Of a stretch of 64,000 nucleotides of DNA, positions 30,029-40,228 are shown in pieces (position 1 is the first letter of the stretch; each line of letters starts with the position of its first letter). This stretch comes from Promethearchaeota archaeon (GTDB taxonomy: Archaea; Asgardarchaeota; Lokiarchaeia; Sigyniarchaeales; SOKP01). The stretch covers positions 1-64,000 of the forward strand of contig JBHLLU010000007.1 in the NCBI GenBank assembly GCA_048938895.1, read 5' to 3'. The notes under the pieces were generated by a model that was not told where the DNA came from, made no database searches, and saw only the letters and a list, made by a program, of their open reading frames with translations. The position numbers and the translations under genes were made by a program.

Positions 30029-30760
30029 ATGGAATTCAAAGATTTTCAAAATAAAATTAATAAATGGGACCAGAAAATAATTCTAAAATACAATGGTATA
30101 GGTGGAAAACCTTTAACTTATATCTTAAAAGTTCTATCTTTTTTTGGGAGGGAAACAGTCTGGATTTTTTTAATTGCTTTTTATTTATTTATATGGTATG
30201 ATCCCTTCTTACTTTCACATTTAAGCGCTATTTTTTTAATCGGTTTAATTATGGTCGTTATTATTAAAAAATCAGTAAATAGATTACGACCATTTGAGAA
30301 GTTAGGTACCGAAAAAATAAAAGTATTGGAAAAAAGACCTAAATCAAAGAGTTTTCCATCTTGGCATGCATATAACATTGTCGCATATGGTTTACTAATA
30401 GGATTATTTTTTCTGAGATCACCTTTAATAATAATACTAATGCAAGGTTTTGCAATTATTGTGTCATTTAGTAGAATACAATTAGGAGTACATTATCCTA
30501 GTGATGTTATATTTGGTTATATTCTGGGAATAATTGGGTTTTTATTCTCAACGTTCATCCTTGCGCCATTTTTCCAAGATATTATTGAATATTTTGAAGG
30601 TTTTGCTCTCCACCGTATTGAATATAGACAAATTAACTCACTGGTTTTTGAAAATATCTGGTATTTAATATTATGGCTATTAATATGTGTTCTTATTATA
30701 ATTTCTGCCACATATAGACATTTTAAAGATGGAAAAAGAGAAAAAAAGTTAAAGATCTAA
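30029..30760 (+). CDS. PAP2 family membrane phosphatase
   Basis: K..V.R.RP, SFPS.H and SRIQLGVHYPSD motifs. Confidence 0.9.
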   Translation: MEFKDFQNKINKWDQKIILKYNGIGGKPLTYILKVLSFFGRETVWIFLIAFYLFIWYDPFLLSHLSAIFLIGLIMVVIIKKSVNRLRPFEKLGTEKIKVLEKRPKSKSFPSWHAYNIVAYGLLIGLFFLRSPLIIILMQGFAIIVSFSRIQLGVHYPSDVIFGYILGIIGFLFSTFILAPFFQDIIEYFEGFALHRIEYRQINSLVFENIWYLILWLLICVLIIISATYRHFKDGKREKKLKI

Positions 30761-31999
30761 GCTCTTCCTTTTGCTGAATAAGTCTTTTAGTTCATTTAGC
30801 ACCGTTAATCTTGAATTTTCCCCCGCTCTACTACTACTAAAAGAAGGATTAGAAATTTCGAGTGGTTGTCCCCCTTGGGCTGCTTGAAATGCACCTGATT
30901 CTATTGCACGAAGACGAGTATCAAGATCATTTAGCTGTGTAGAAATGCTCTCAGACAAGCGAATTACGGCATTTAATGTCTCTTCTAATGTTTTCCCTAA
31001 ACCTTCTACTTTTCTTACCGTTGGATCAGTAAGAGAATATGTAGAACTCATCAAATTTTTAATATATTTTGCAAATTGAGGTTCGTGGGAAATCAAGGAA
31101 TAAATAGAAGTTAAATATATTTCAATATCAAAATCATAATTCTTGTTTTTTAGGAGTTCTCTCATATTATCCTTTAAGAGTTCAATATTTAGGAGTATTT
31201 TTGGGTCACTTTTTAAATCCGGATCATACTTATGAAAAAATATTAAAACATAGGGATTTTCTTCTAACATTACTAATGAATCCAATATATTGTCAAGATA
31301 ATTCATCGCCTCCTCAAATCTTTCAGAATCTTGAATATCTACTACATAGATTAATAAGTCTAATTGAACAAAATATTGCTCGGGATTATTAAGATACCTT
31401 TCTCTATACTCTTCTTGTCCTCCGAGATCCCATATAAATAAAGATAAAGTGGAACTACCAAACTTCATTCTGACTACTCCCTTTGTCGGATGAGTACCAA
31501 TCATATCACTAATTCCTAAACGTCCTCCAAATTTAGATAAAAGTGATGTTTTGCCTGCAGCATCTAATCCCGCTACTAAAACTTTCTGAGCTTGCCCAGT
31601 TTCAATAGCTTCCCTTTCTTCTGTAATGCTTTCAATGAGGACACTTATAGTAACTGCTTTTTTTAGCTTATTTTCTAAGGTAGGATATTTTTTTTTAAGT
31701 TCCTCGATTTTTTTCTTTAGATTTTCTGTTAATTCAATTGATTCTTCAGTTTCCTCTAATGGTGTTAGATTTTGAAAAGGATCTTCTTTGTCTAAATTTA
31801 GTAATTCATTAATTTTGGAAATTTCAAAGAGATCTTTTATAATGGTTGATTCTTCTTTATCTATAAACTTATAGGATTGAATAGGCAACTTTAAAATATC
31901 GTCGATCTTTTCTAGCTTCTCTATTTTTACCGATTTATCATCTAAAAATTTGGTAATGACCTTTATAATTTCTGAAGTTTCTGAGGACATAGTGACCAT
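30749..31999 (-). CDS. Multidomain Rag/Arf-like small GTPase
   Basis: GLDAAGKTS, PTKG, WDLGGQ, HKYD and TSI motifs; ~135-aa N-terminal domain and C-terminal coiled coil. Confidence 0.88.
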   Translation of the reverse strand: MVTMSSETSEIIKVITKFLDDKSVKIEKLEKIDDILKLPIQSYKFIDKEESTIIKDLFEISKINELLNLDKEDPFQNLTPLEETEESIELTENLKKKIEELKKKYPTLENKLKKAVTISVLIESITEEREAIETGQAQKVLVAGLDAAGKTSLLSKFGGRLGISDMIGTHPTKGVVRMKFGSSTLSLFIWDLGGQEEYRERYLNNPEQYFVQLDLLIYVVDIQDSERFEEAMNYLDNILDSLVMLEENPYVLIFFHKYDPDLKSDPKILLNIELLKDNMRELLKNKNYDFDIEIYLTSIYSLISHEPQFAKYIKNLMSSTYSLTDPTVRKVEGLGKTLEETLNAVIRLSESISTQLNDLDTRLRAIESGAFQAAQGGQPLEISNPSFSSSRAGENSRLTVLNELKDLFSKRKSLDL

Positions 32000-32195
32000 T
32001 GATTCTTTTAATATTAATAGAATGATTTTGCTTTTATTATTATTTATTAAACTTTTATGATACTAGTTAAAAAGGCTTCGATATAAATTTTCACAACTTA
32101 ATTTTAAATAGATTAAACTTAAATATTTATTAGAGGATGTATTTTATACTAAAAATGAAAATTTCCATTACTAACCTTAACTATCACAAGTAATT

Positions 32196-33119
32196 ATGCC
32201 CTCTTATTTTGAAGACAATGAATTTTTTGAAGATAATGGGGAGGAAGGCCCACATTGTTGCGATAGTCCTAAAATTAGCGAAGAAGACGGATTTTATGTT
32301 TGTTTAAACTGTGGATTTGTGTACTCCAGGATACTTGATGATAGTCCTCGAAGAGCATTTACTCAGGAGGAAATTCAGAAACGGAAGAGTAGTGAACGAG
32401 TATATAGTCCAATTGGTCCAAGAACAATCATCCGAGGATCAAGAGACGCCAGGGGCACGTTACTGAGTCCGAAATATAAATCAAAGTTTAATAGATTAGC
32501 TAAAATTCATAGATCTTTGACAACTAGTTATGAGAGAAACTTGTGGATAGCATTACCTAACTTACAGCGTTTACAAAAAAGATTGAGTATACCAGATGCC
32601 GTAGCTGATGATGCACTTAGAATTTATACTCAAACAGTCAAAAAGAAATTGACGATGGGAAGGAGCATCGATACTCTATTATCTGCTTCGATTTTTGCAG
32701 CTTTAAAGGTTCATGGAATACCGAGAACCGCTGAAGAGATAACAAAAGTTGCTCAAATTCCTAAAAAGAAAGTAATAAAGAGTTATCGATTAATTTTGAT
32801 GGAAGTTCTTCCAAAACTTGGAATGAAAGTACAACATTTTTCAGCGGATAGATATGTGGATAAATTCAATGAAGAACTTAAACTTTCAATGCAGTGCCGG
32901 AACATAGCAGTAAAATTAATCGAAAAGGCAAGAGAGAGTGGTTTTAATTCAGATGGTAAAGACCCAAAAGGAATTGCCGCAGCCTCAATCTATATAGCAT
33001 CAAAAATTTGTAATGAAAATAGAACTCAAAAGGAAATTAGTCAATTAGCTAAAGTTACTGAAGTAACTCTCCGTATGCGAGTTAAAGACCTACAAAATTA
33101 TGCAAATATTGTTGATTGA
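32196..33119 (+). CDS. tfb: Transcription initiation factor B (TFB) paralogue
   Basis: Zn ribbon (CCD...VCLNCG), two cyclin folds (GRS, PRT..EI, GKDPKGIAAASIYIA) and RTQKEI...A.VTEVTLR.R HTH. Confidence 0.93.
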   Translation: MPSYFEDNEFFEDNGEEGPHCCDSPKISEEDGFYVCLNCGFVYSRILDDSPRRAFTQEEIQKRKSSERVYSPIGPRTIIRGSRDARGTLLSPKYKSKFNRLAKIHRSLTTSYERNLWIALPNLQRLQKRLSIPDAVADDALRIYTQTVKKKLTMGRSIDTLLSASIFAALKVHGIPRTAEEITKVAQIPKKKVIKSYRLILMEVLPKLGMKVQHFSADRYVDKFNEELKLSMQCRNIAVKLIEKARESGFNSDGKDPKGIAAASIYIASKICNENRTQKEISQLAKVTEVTLRMRVKDLQNYANIVD

Positions 33120-33121
33120 TT

Positions 33122-36100
33122 TTAAATATCTATTAGCTCTAATTCTTCCTCAAATAGGGGTAAAATTTCTAACATCCCTTTAACTTTTGGCAGATAATTT
33201 TCTAACTTGTATTCTTTTACATCTATTATAAAAAGAATTAACATGATATCATATGTATCTTCAACCAATTTTTTATTGACACCTCGTCTATTTAAATACT
33301 GATTAATACTTTCTCTGATGTGTGAGTATGGTTCTTTTAATTTAAATAAACAGAGTGCGTGTAATAGGATAAGAAGTGCACTAGTTTTAAAATCTCCTCT
33401 TCTAGAAACCATTGTTTCAGCTAATTCATAATATTTCATAGATGCTTCTTGGAAATTTTTTGTTTCTAATAAGGTGAAAATTGGTTTATAAAAAATTCTT
33501 TTTGTTTTTATGCGTTTACTAAGATCTTCTTCCTTCTCTCTTCGAGTTTCCCCAATTTTTGATTCAATTTTTCCATATCTTTGATCAATTTCTATTGCTT
33601 GACTTTTGGTTAACTCTTCGCTAGTTTCTGATCTTGGTGTTATTATTCGATTTTCAATATGATCTTCACCTAAAAATTCATGCAAAAGGTCAATTTCTTC
33701 ATTAAACAGAGGAAGATATTCCATAAAAATCAATGCTTCATTGAATTTGCGTTCATCTTGAAATTTTTTGGCTTGAAGCATGTATTTAACTAAGGTAACA
33801 GGAAATGTTTCAGAAAAAAGTTTTCCTAATCCTAATAAACTATTTTTGATCTCTTCTAATAGATTTCTAATATCTTTTACTTCATCCTGTTTAAATAGTA
33901 ATAAACTAACAACTGCTAATGAGACACCAGCTAAATTATATTTTTGAATTTTATTGAACCCGATAATGCTCCTTTTGTATAAATCAATCGCTTTATTATA
34001 TTCTTGTGAGGTAATATAGTCTAAAGCATCCATAAAGTATCTTGTCTTTCTAGCATTTCTCTCCATGAATTGCCTTTTTTGATCTAAACTTCTATATTCT
34101 CTAGCTTTATTTTCAATTATTGAATGCATCTCTTCCAATTCTTGTCCTTCCCTCGTTTCCCTTGCTTCTTCTGAACGTAAAATACTTCTTTTGGCTTCAA
34201 GTTCTTCGATTCTTCTGTGGATTTCTGACCTGTATTCTCGATTTATAATGCGGTCATTATATGCATGAGCATTTGCTAAATCACCTATGTTTATATATAT
34301 CTCAGCAAGTTTTTTGTAAATTTTATCATACTTGATTTTTACAATATCTTCTTTTTCTAAATATGCGGATACGACATTAATTGCCTTTTTTAGGAGTTCA
34401 TTTGCTTTTCTAATCCCAGATTCGTTTTCTTCCTCTTGTAGTAACTTCAAAGCCTGATTTTTAATAATTTCAATATATGTCAAAATAATTTCTTTAGATT
34501 CATCATATAGAGAATGGTTCCGATATAATCTATTAGAATCTTCCATAATGTTTGCTTCTCTTTCAAAGTTCTCTAATTTTTCAATTTCTTTTAATTTTTC
34601 AAGGAAAATCGGAAAAATTCTAATTAGATACATTTTTCTTGCATCTATTGATAAGCTATTAGAAATGATGAAAAATTCTTCGAATTCGTTCCCTTCTAAT
34701 AAGATATCTAAAGATTTAGTAAGAATTTGATCGCCAATATCCTCCCGACCTAACTTTTTGAGATAATCTGCTTGATCTATTAGTAATTTTGAACTTTTAA
34801 GAAATTTTTCTTTATCTTTTAGTTCATTTGCTAATAGAATTTTTTCTTTGTTCATATCTATTACTATATCTAGTTCAGCTTTAACAAAATCACTTAAAAC
34901 AACAATCCCCTTTTTAATTGTATCTTCCATTTCTTTCTTTATAGATGCTCTATATTTATCCTCACTCTCTGCACTAAAGTTTGTTAATTCTTGTTTCAGC
35001 ATTAATGAATTCAATTTATTAATAAGTATTGTAGCTACAGTAAAATTTTTCTTCTCAATAAATAGGTTGATTAATATTTTTAAAATGGAATCAATATTGG
35101 TTCTTTTTACATGATATGATTCCCACATATTTTCAATTTCTTCATAAGTGGACCTCGCAGCGTAGATTTCCTTAGCCTCAACTTGATGTTTAAAGATTTC
35201 GAGTAATATATTAGTTAATTTATTGGTTAACTCTTTGAGTTCCTCTGATAGAGCTTCTCGTTGATATTTAAATATAGCTGTATACAATTGTTCTCTTGCT
35301 AAGTCAAATCTATTATTTTCTACTAAAAATTCAGCAGCATTTCCTATTTTCCCTGTTAATTCTTTTAATATCATCTGTGATTCTTGATGAGAGAGACTTT
35401 CAAGAATTCTGAATGCTTTCTCAACTTTACAAGCAGATATCCAGGAAGTAATTGCTAGCCTAAAAGCTTCATCAATTATCTTTTTATCTAATAGTTCAAT
35501 ACTCGCCCATTGACCAGCTCTTTCGTATTGTTTAGCTGCCGTTTCATAATCTCGCTTATTAAAACAAAAATTACCCTCTCTTATCATTGCTTCTACATAA
35601 AGCGTTTTAAAATTTACAGATTTCTTCTTATCAATATTTTCCAATATTTTACTAGCTTCAAGATACAAATTTATTTTGGAATATAAATAGGCTGCTTGCT
35701 CTAAAATAATAAAGTAATCTTCTTTATTGTAAATTTCTGCAATCATAGCAGCATTTCTCACTGCTTGAGCAGCGTAATAATAATTTTGATTGCTGAAATA
35801 TACATTTGCCATTTGTATAAATATAGGAAACCTCATCCAAGCATTTTCTATGTTTAATGGGGTCTCTCCGCCAATCATTGCTAAACAGAGTGATTGAAGT
35901 GCTTGATGGAAATCTTTTGGATTAAGGTTGGCAAATGCTTCAAGGCTGGGATAATTCACCCATAAATTTGTTAACAATTCATTTACAGACAGAGGAAGAA
36001 TTCCATTCTGGTCATAAAAGATTACAATAGTTGGGATATCTCTTTTAATTGAAAAAATGTCTGGTAAGACCATTTCAAATAGTTCATACTCTTCCTTAAG

Positions 36101-36340
36101 TAAAGGATTTATAAAAAATATAATTCCATCGACAATCGGGATAATTTCGTCTAAATCAGCTGAAATGTCTGTGATAGCATCAATTTCTAAATCACAGATA
36201 TCTTCAAGGATTTTTACTTCCTTATACCATTCATAATAAGTGTCTTTATCTTCTCCAGGTTCACTAAAAGCTCTTGAAGTATAGAAATGTGCGGCAACTG
36301 GATTTCCTGATAGGATTAAAACTTTGAAGATATAATGCAT
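33122..36340 (-). CDS. Large alpha-solenoid (TPR/SNAP-like) protein with an N-terminal degenerate small-GTPase-like domain
   Basis: N-terminal YIFKVLILSG...DGIIFF...IPTIVIF without a P-loop GKT; then helical repeats such as YETAAKQYERAG and YNKAIDLYKRS. Confidence 0.75.
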   Translation of the reverse strand: MHYIFKVLILSGNPVAAHFYTSRAFSEPGEDKDTYYEWYKEVKILEDICDLEIDAITDISADLDEIIPIVDGIIFFINPLLKEEYELFEMVLPDIFSIKRDIPTIVIFYDQNGILPLSVNELLTNLWVNYPSLEAFANLNPKDFHQALQSLCLAMIGGETPLNIENAWMRFPIFIQMANVYFSNQNYYYAAQAVRNAAMIAEIYNKEDYFIILEQAAYLYSKINLYLEASKILENIDKKKSVNFKTLYVEAMIREGNFCFNKRDYETAAKQYERAGQWASIELLDKKIIDEAFRLAITSWISACKVEKAFRILESLSHQESQMILKELTGKIGNAAEFLVENNRFDLAREQLYTAIFKYQREALSEELKELTNKLTNILLEIFKHQVEAKEIYAARSTYEEIENMWESYHVKRTNIDSILKILINLFIEKKNFTVATILINKLNSLMLKQELTNFSAESEDKYRASIKKEMEDTIKKGIVVLSDFVKAELDIVIDMNKEKILLANELKDKEKFLKSSKLLIDQADYLKKLGREDIGDQILTKSLDILLEGNEFEEFFIISNSLSIDARKMYLIRIFPIFLEKLKEIEKLENFEREANIMEDSNRLYRNHSLYDESKEIILTYIEIIKNQALKLLQEEENESGIRKANELLKKAINVVSAYLEKEDIVKIKYDKIYKKLAEIYINIGDLANAHAYNDRIINREYRSEIHRRIEELEAKRSILRSEEARETREGQELEEMHSIIENKAREYRSLDQKRQFMERNARKTRYFMDALDYITSQEYNKAIDLYKRSIIGFNKIQKYNLAGVSLAVVSLLLFKQDEVKDIRNLLEEIKNSLLGLGKLFSETFPVTLVKYMLQAKKFQDERKFNEALIFMEYLPLFNEEIDLLHEFLGEDHIENRIITPRSETSEELTKSQAIEIDQRYGKIESKIGETRREKEEDLSKRIKTKRIFYKPIFTLLETKNFQEASMKYYELAETMVSRRGDFKTSALLILLHALCLFKLKEPYSHIRESINQYLNRRGVNKKLVEDTYDIMLILFIIDVKEYKLENYLPKVKGMLEILPLFEEELELIDI

Positions 36341-36543
36341 ATTAATATTTTTTTTAGTCTCTACTTTTCTATTAATTTTTCTCTTTTTTTATTTTATGAT
36401 TAATGAAAATTTCTTTACGAATAGATCATATAAAATTGATAGTATATAACGTATGAAATGATTTTAAAAGAATAGAGATCTTTAATTATTCAATTGAGTT
36501 TGAGAAATTATAACTATGTTTTGACCCATTCGAGGATAAAATC

Positions 36544-37206
36544 TTGGATTATCTAGAAAGAAATTATCATCTTATAAAAGATAGAATGATTCAACAGATG
36601 GAAGAATCTATTATAAAAGGGAGAAAACTTATCGATTCAGAATTAGATACTGGAATTTTAAATTTAATTGTAAAACCTCTTGTTAAACTTTTCTATGATA
36701 ATTGGGCAAAAAATGATGTAAGAGATAATACACTGAAGCAGATTAACCTTACTTTGGATGCCGGTTTAAAATTACTAAAAATTGGGATATCTACTGATAA
36801 TTTTACTAAAATTCTTGAGGAGAGCTTACCAAAATATATTCAAGCAGATCAAACATCATTGCAGTGCATTAAGCACCATAAAAATTACGGTAAAATAATA
36901 GAAGTAGCAAAAGAAACTTTTACAAATTATTTAAAAGAAGTGACAAAACTTTTAGACATAAAAGAGGATGTAGACGATTATGGTGATTTATGTAGGGCTG
37001 CTTTTAAATCAATAGAAGAAGCGGAGGAAAATTTGATGAAACAATTAAATTTTACAGAGAGAGGTATTAAAATAGTTGAAGAAGATCCTTCTATTTTAAA
37101 AATTCCAGTGGGAAGAAGAATTATAGTAAAAACTCTTAGAAAAGGTTTTTTACAAACAAAGAAGGAGTTTATTAAGTCATTGAATGAAACTTACAATCAG
37201 AAATAA
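36544..37206 (+). CDS. Hypothetical helical protein, paralogue A
   Basis: 220 aa; clearly homologous to the downstream ORF. Confidence 0.8.
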   Translation: MDYLERNYHLIKDRMIQQMEESIIKGRKLIDSELDTGILNLIVKPLVKLFYDNWAKNDVRDNTLKQINLTLDAGLKLLKIGISTDNFTKILEESLPKYIQADQTSLQCIKHHKNYGKIIEVAKETFTNYLKEVTKLLDIKEDVDDYGDLCRAAFKSIEEAEENLMKQLNFTERGIKIVEEDPSILKIPVGRRIIVKTLRKGFLQTKKEFIKSLNETYNQK

Positions 37207-37270
37207 TTAAAAATTAAACAAATAAAATATTCAATTAATTAATCGTGAATTATTTTGTGGAGATTTTACT

Positions 37271-37933
37271 ATGGATAACCTAGAGAGAAATTATAGAATC
37301 TTAGAAAAGAAAATGATTGAACAAATGGATATTTCCCTAAATTATGGGAAGAATTTAATAGATTCAGAATTAGATACGGGAATTTTTAATGTTCTAGTAA
37401 AACCTGTTGTGAAATCTTTTTATAAATATTGGTCTGATAAAGATGCTCGTGTAGGTACACGAGAACAGATAAAACTAACTTTAAATTCTGCAAGGGAATT
37501 AATTACGAATGGACAATTATCAGAAGAACAGGTTAATAAAGTAATTAATAAAAATTTTCCAAAATATCTAGAAAATGATCAAACTGATCGCCAGTGTAAA
37601 AAAAATCACCGAAATTATAAAACTTTAAGAGAAGTTACAAAAAAATGTTTTATCACACAAGTTGAAGAGAGTATACTTTTTTTAAAGGTAACTGATAATG
37701 TTAATGATTATACTGCTTTATCGAGAGCAGCATTTAAAACAAAAGAAAAAGCATATCAAGCATTGAAACGTCAACTTGATTATAATGATGAGGGAATAGC
37801 AATTGTAGAAAAAGATGATACAATTTTAAATGTACCTAAGGTTGCGAAAAAAATAATTTTAAATATCCTCAGAAAAGGTTTCGAGTTAACTAAGCTACAG
37901 TTAATTGAAGAACTTGATGAAATTTTTAATTAA
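37271..37933 (+). CDS. Hypothetical helical protein, paralogue B
   Basis: 220 aa; shares LERNY, LIDSELDTGI, DQT..QC.K.H.NY, RAAFK and LRKGF with paralogue A. Confidence 0.8.
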   Translation: MDNLERNYRILEKKMIEQMDISLNYGKNLIDSELDTGIFNVLVKPVVKSFYKYWSDKDARVGTREQIKLTLNSARELITNGQLSEEQVNKVINKNFPKYLENDQTDRQCKKNHRNYKTLREVTKKCFITQVEESILFLKVTDNVNDYTALSRAAFKTKEKAYQALKRQLDYNDEGIAIVEKDDTILNVPKVAKKIILNILRKGFELTKLQLIEELDEIFN

Positions 37934-37982
37934 TCAGAATCTAATTTAATACGTAAGAAAGTATAAAGTGTAAATTATTACT

Positions 37983-39044
37983 TTGAATAAAGCGGCTCAA
38001 AAATCAGAAAAAAAGGACTATTCACGTTTAGTTTTTTTAAATTTGTTAATTAATTTCTTTATTATTACATCTTATGTCTATTTTGCTGAGACTTTTGGAT
38101 CAATCTCAACCATATTTATTGAATCCCAGGAATTTAACATAAGATTTGGGTTCACATTATTATTATTTGTTTTTCTTTCAGAGTTAGCTGGTTTTTTACA
38201 TGGTTTAATAGGGGGATTTTTAGCTGAACTTCTATACCAATTTGCTTTTTACCATGAGATATATCTTGAGTGGTGCCTGATTGTTGCGATTTTAGGATTT
38301 TTAGTTGGTCTTTATAAATATAAACCCCAAAAATATCAAGTAAGAAAGAACGTCTTTTATACATTTATATCTCTTGTTATAACTAGCTTTGTGACGACAG
38401 GGATTATTATTCTCTTTCAAGTACTAATTCACCCAAATACATTTGCTCCAGAAATTGTTATCATAAATTATGGGTTGAAGTTCCTTCTCCAAGCAATGAT
38501 TTCAATAGTTATTATCATTCCGTTTTTATTAGTTGTTTATGACAGAATTTTAGCTACCGAAGAGAATGATTTGTATTATATGATACTAACTCATCATCCT
38601 ACTTCTGCCAGTGATCATACATTTTATCTTAAATTTGGAAGAACAAGAATCTATTTTTGTTCTAGATGCTCAGGGGTCATTCTAGGAGGTTTATTTGCTG
38701 TTTTTTTCACTCATATGTTAGAACTTATTTTTCAAACCCAATTTAATGGTTTTATTGCATTGCTTCTGATAATCATACTCCCAATCCCTGGTATTGTTGA
38801 TTGGGGAACTCAACGACTCCTCTTAAGAAAAAGTACTACAGGATCAAGGATTTTCACAGGTTTCATCATTGGTAATGCCCTCCATTTTATGTCATTCACT
38901 TATAAATACTATTTATTTACTTTTTTGATTCTTATTTTATATTTCACCATATTCGGGATTTTAATCTACCTTGGACATAAAAAAGAAATGAAATTATTAA
39001 GGATGAAGGATTATCCATATCTAACTGAAGAAGATGATGAGTGA
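37983..39044 (+). CDS. Membrane protein: ECF S-component-like domain fused to a DUF2085-like domain
   Basis: N-half has the S-component-like G...GL.GG..A pattern; C-half has HH...FCSRCSG...P...DW.TQ......S....R..TG. Confidence 0.65.
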   Translation: MNKAAQKSEKKDYSRLVFLNLLINFFIITSYVYFAETFGSISTIFIESQEFNIRFGFTLLLFVFLSELAGFLHGLIGGFLAELLYQFAFYHEIYLEWCLIVAILGFLVGLYKYKPQKYQVRKNVFYTFISLVITSFVTTGIIILFQVLIHPNTFAPEIVIINYGLKFLLQAMISIVIIIPFLLVVYDRILATEENDLYYMILTHHPTSASDHTFYLKFGRTRIYFCSRCSGVILGGLFAVFFTHMLELIFQTQFNGFIALLLIIILPIPGIVDWGTQRLLLRKSTTGSRIFTGFIIGNALHFMSFTYKYYLFTFLILILYFTIFGILIYLGHKKEMKLLRMKDYPYLTEEDDE

Positions 39045-39047
39045 AAT

Positions 39048-39554
39048 ATGCAGAATACTATTTTTGTGCATGGTCTTGAATCTTCAGGTTCCGGCTTTAA
39101 GGCTAGATTGTTGAAAAATATATTTCCTAATATCTACACTCCTACTTTTACGAAATCCACTCCGGACATATTAATGTATGATCTATTAGAAATTAGAATG
39201 AAAGAACTCAATTCGATTTTAGCTACTAAAAACAATTGGATTTTAATTGGATCAAGTTTTGGTGGGCTTATGAGTGCGCTATATGCTCTACAAAATCCTT
39301 CCAAGGTAAAGCAATTGATATTATTGGCTCCATTTTTGGAATCTCGTAAGCTTAAGCCACACATGTATAATCCAATAGATATTCCAGTTATCGTTTTTCA
39401 TGGGATCAGGGATAATGTTGTACAGTATAAGGGTTCTAAAAAGAGAGCAGAAATTTTCTTTACAAATTTATATTATAATCTTGTAGATGATGATCATTTT
39501 CTCCACCATACTGTTAAACAATTAGATTGGAAAAAATTAATCATAAATGATTGA
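39048..39554 (+). CDS. YqiA-like small alpha/beta hydrolase (esterase)
   Basis: HGLES, GSSFGG, LLAP, HG.RD.VV and DDH motifs. Confidence 0.88.
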   Translation: MQNTIFVHGLESSGSGFKARLLKNIFPNIYTPTFTKSTPDILMYDLLEIRMKELNSILATKNNWILIGSSFGGLMSALYALQNPSKVKQLILLAPFLESRKLKPHMYNPIDIPVIVFHGIRDNVVQYKGSKKRAEIFFTNLYYNLVDDDHFLHHTVKQLDWKKLIIND

Positions 39555-39684
39555 ATTTAGAGAAGGATGAAGTTTCCTTAATTAAATTTTTCATATAAAT
39601 CTTATAAAAACTGGACTCCATTTTTTTTAAAATTAATAATGAATGTCTCACAATTAAGGATAATTTACAATTAAAGTGTGAAAA

Positions 39685-40152
39685 ATGGAGTGGGAAGATA
39701 TAATAGATAATCTTTACTTATGGTATAATGAATTTATTGAATGGTATTCGGTCCAACCGATTTATGGACAGATTTTAAGCATCATAGGAATTATCGCATT
39801 ATTAGCTTTATTGGTTACCCTAATTTATTATGTAATTAAAGGGATAGCGTATTTAGTATATTATATCTTAAAAGGAATCTACCTTTTACTAAAGTATATC
39901 GGGCTAGGGATATTTAAATTATGCGAGGGTTTCTATAAATTGGTTTCAGGAGAAATGAAAATAGACAATACTAATGATTCTAATTTAATTCAACCAGCCA
40001 TGACTCAAACGAATGTTCTTTTTTGTAATGAATGTGGAAGAAAATTTTCTGAAAAGATGATTAGGAAAATTAGATTACATGGGAATGTATTTTGCGTTCA
40101 CTGTGGAAAAGAATTTACTTTAAAAGAATATCAAATTTCACTAGCTTATTAA
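39685..40152 (+). CDS. Membrane protein with a C-terminal Zn ribbon
   Basis: TM helices followed by FCNECG...FCVHCG. Confidence 0.78.
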   Translation: MEWEDIIDNLYLWYNEFIEWYSVQPIYGQILSIIGIIALLALLVTLIYYVIKGIAYLVYYILKGIYLLLKYIGLGIFKLCEGFYKLVSGEMKIDNTNDSNLIQPAMTQTNVLFCNECGRKFSEKMIRKIRLHGNVFCVHCGKEFTLKEYQISLAY

Positions 40153-40228
40153 CATTTTTACATTTTTCAAACAAAAATAATTAAAGGAATTATACAAAAA
40201 CATAATTATTAAGGTGTAACTAAAAAGT

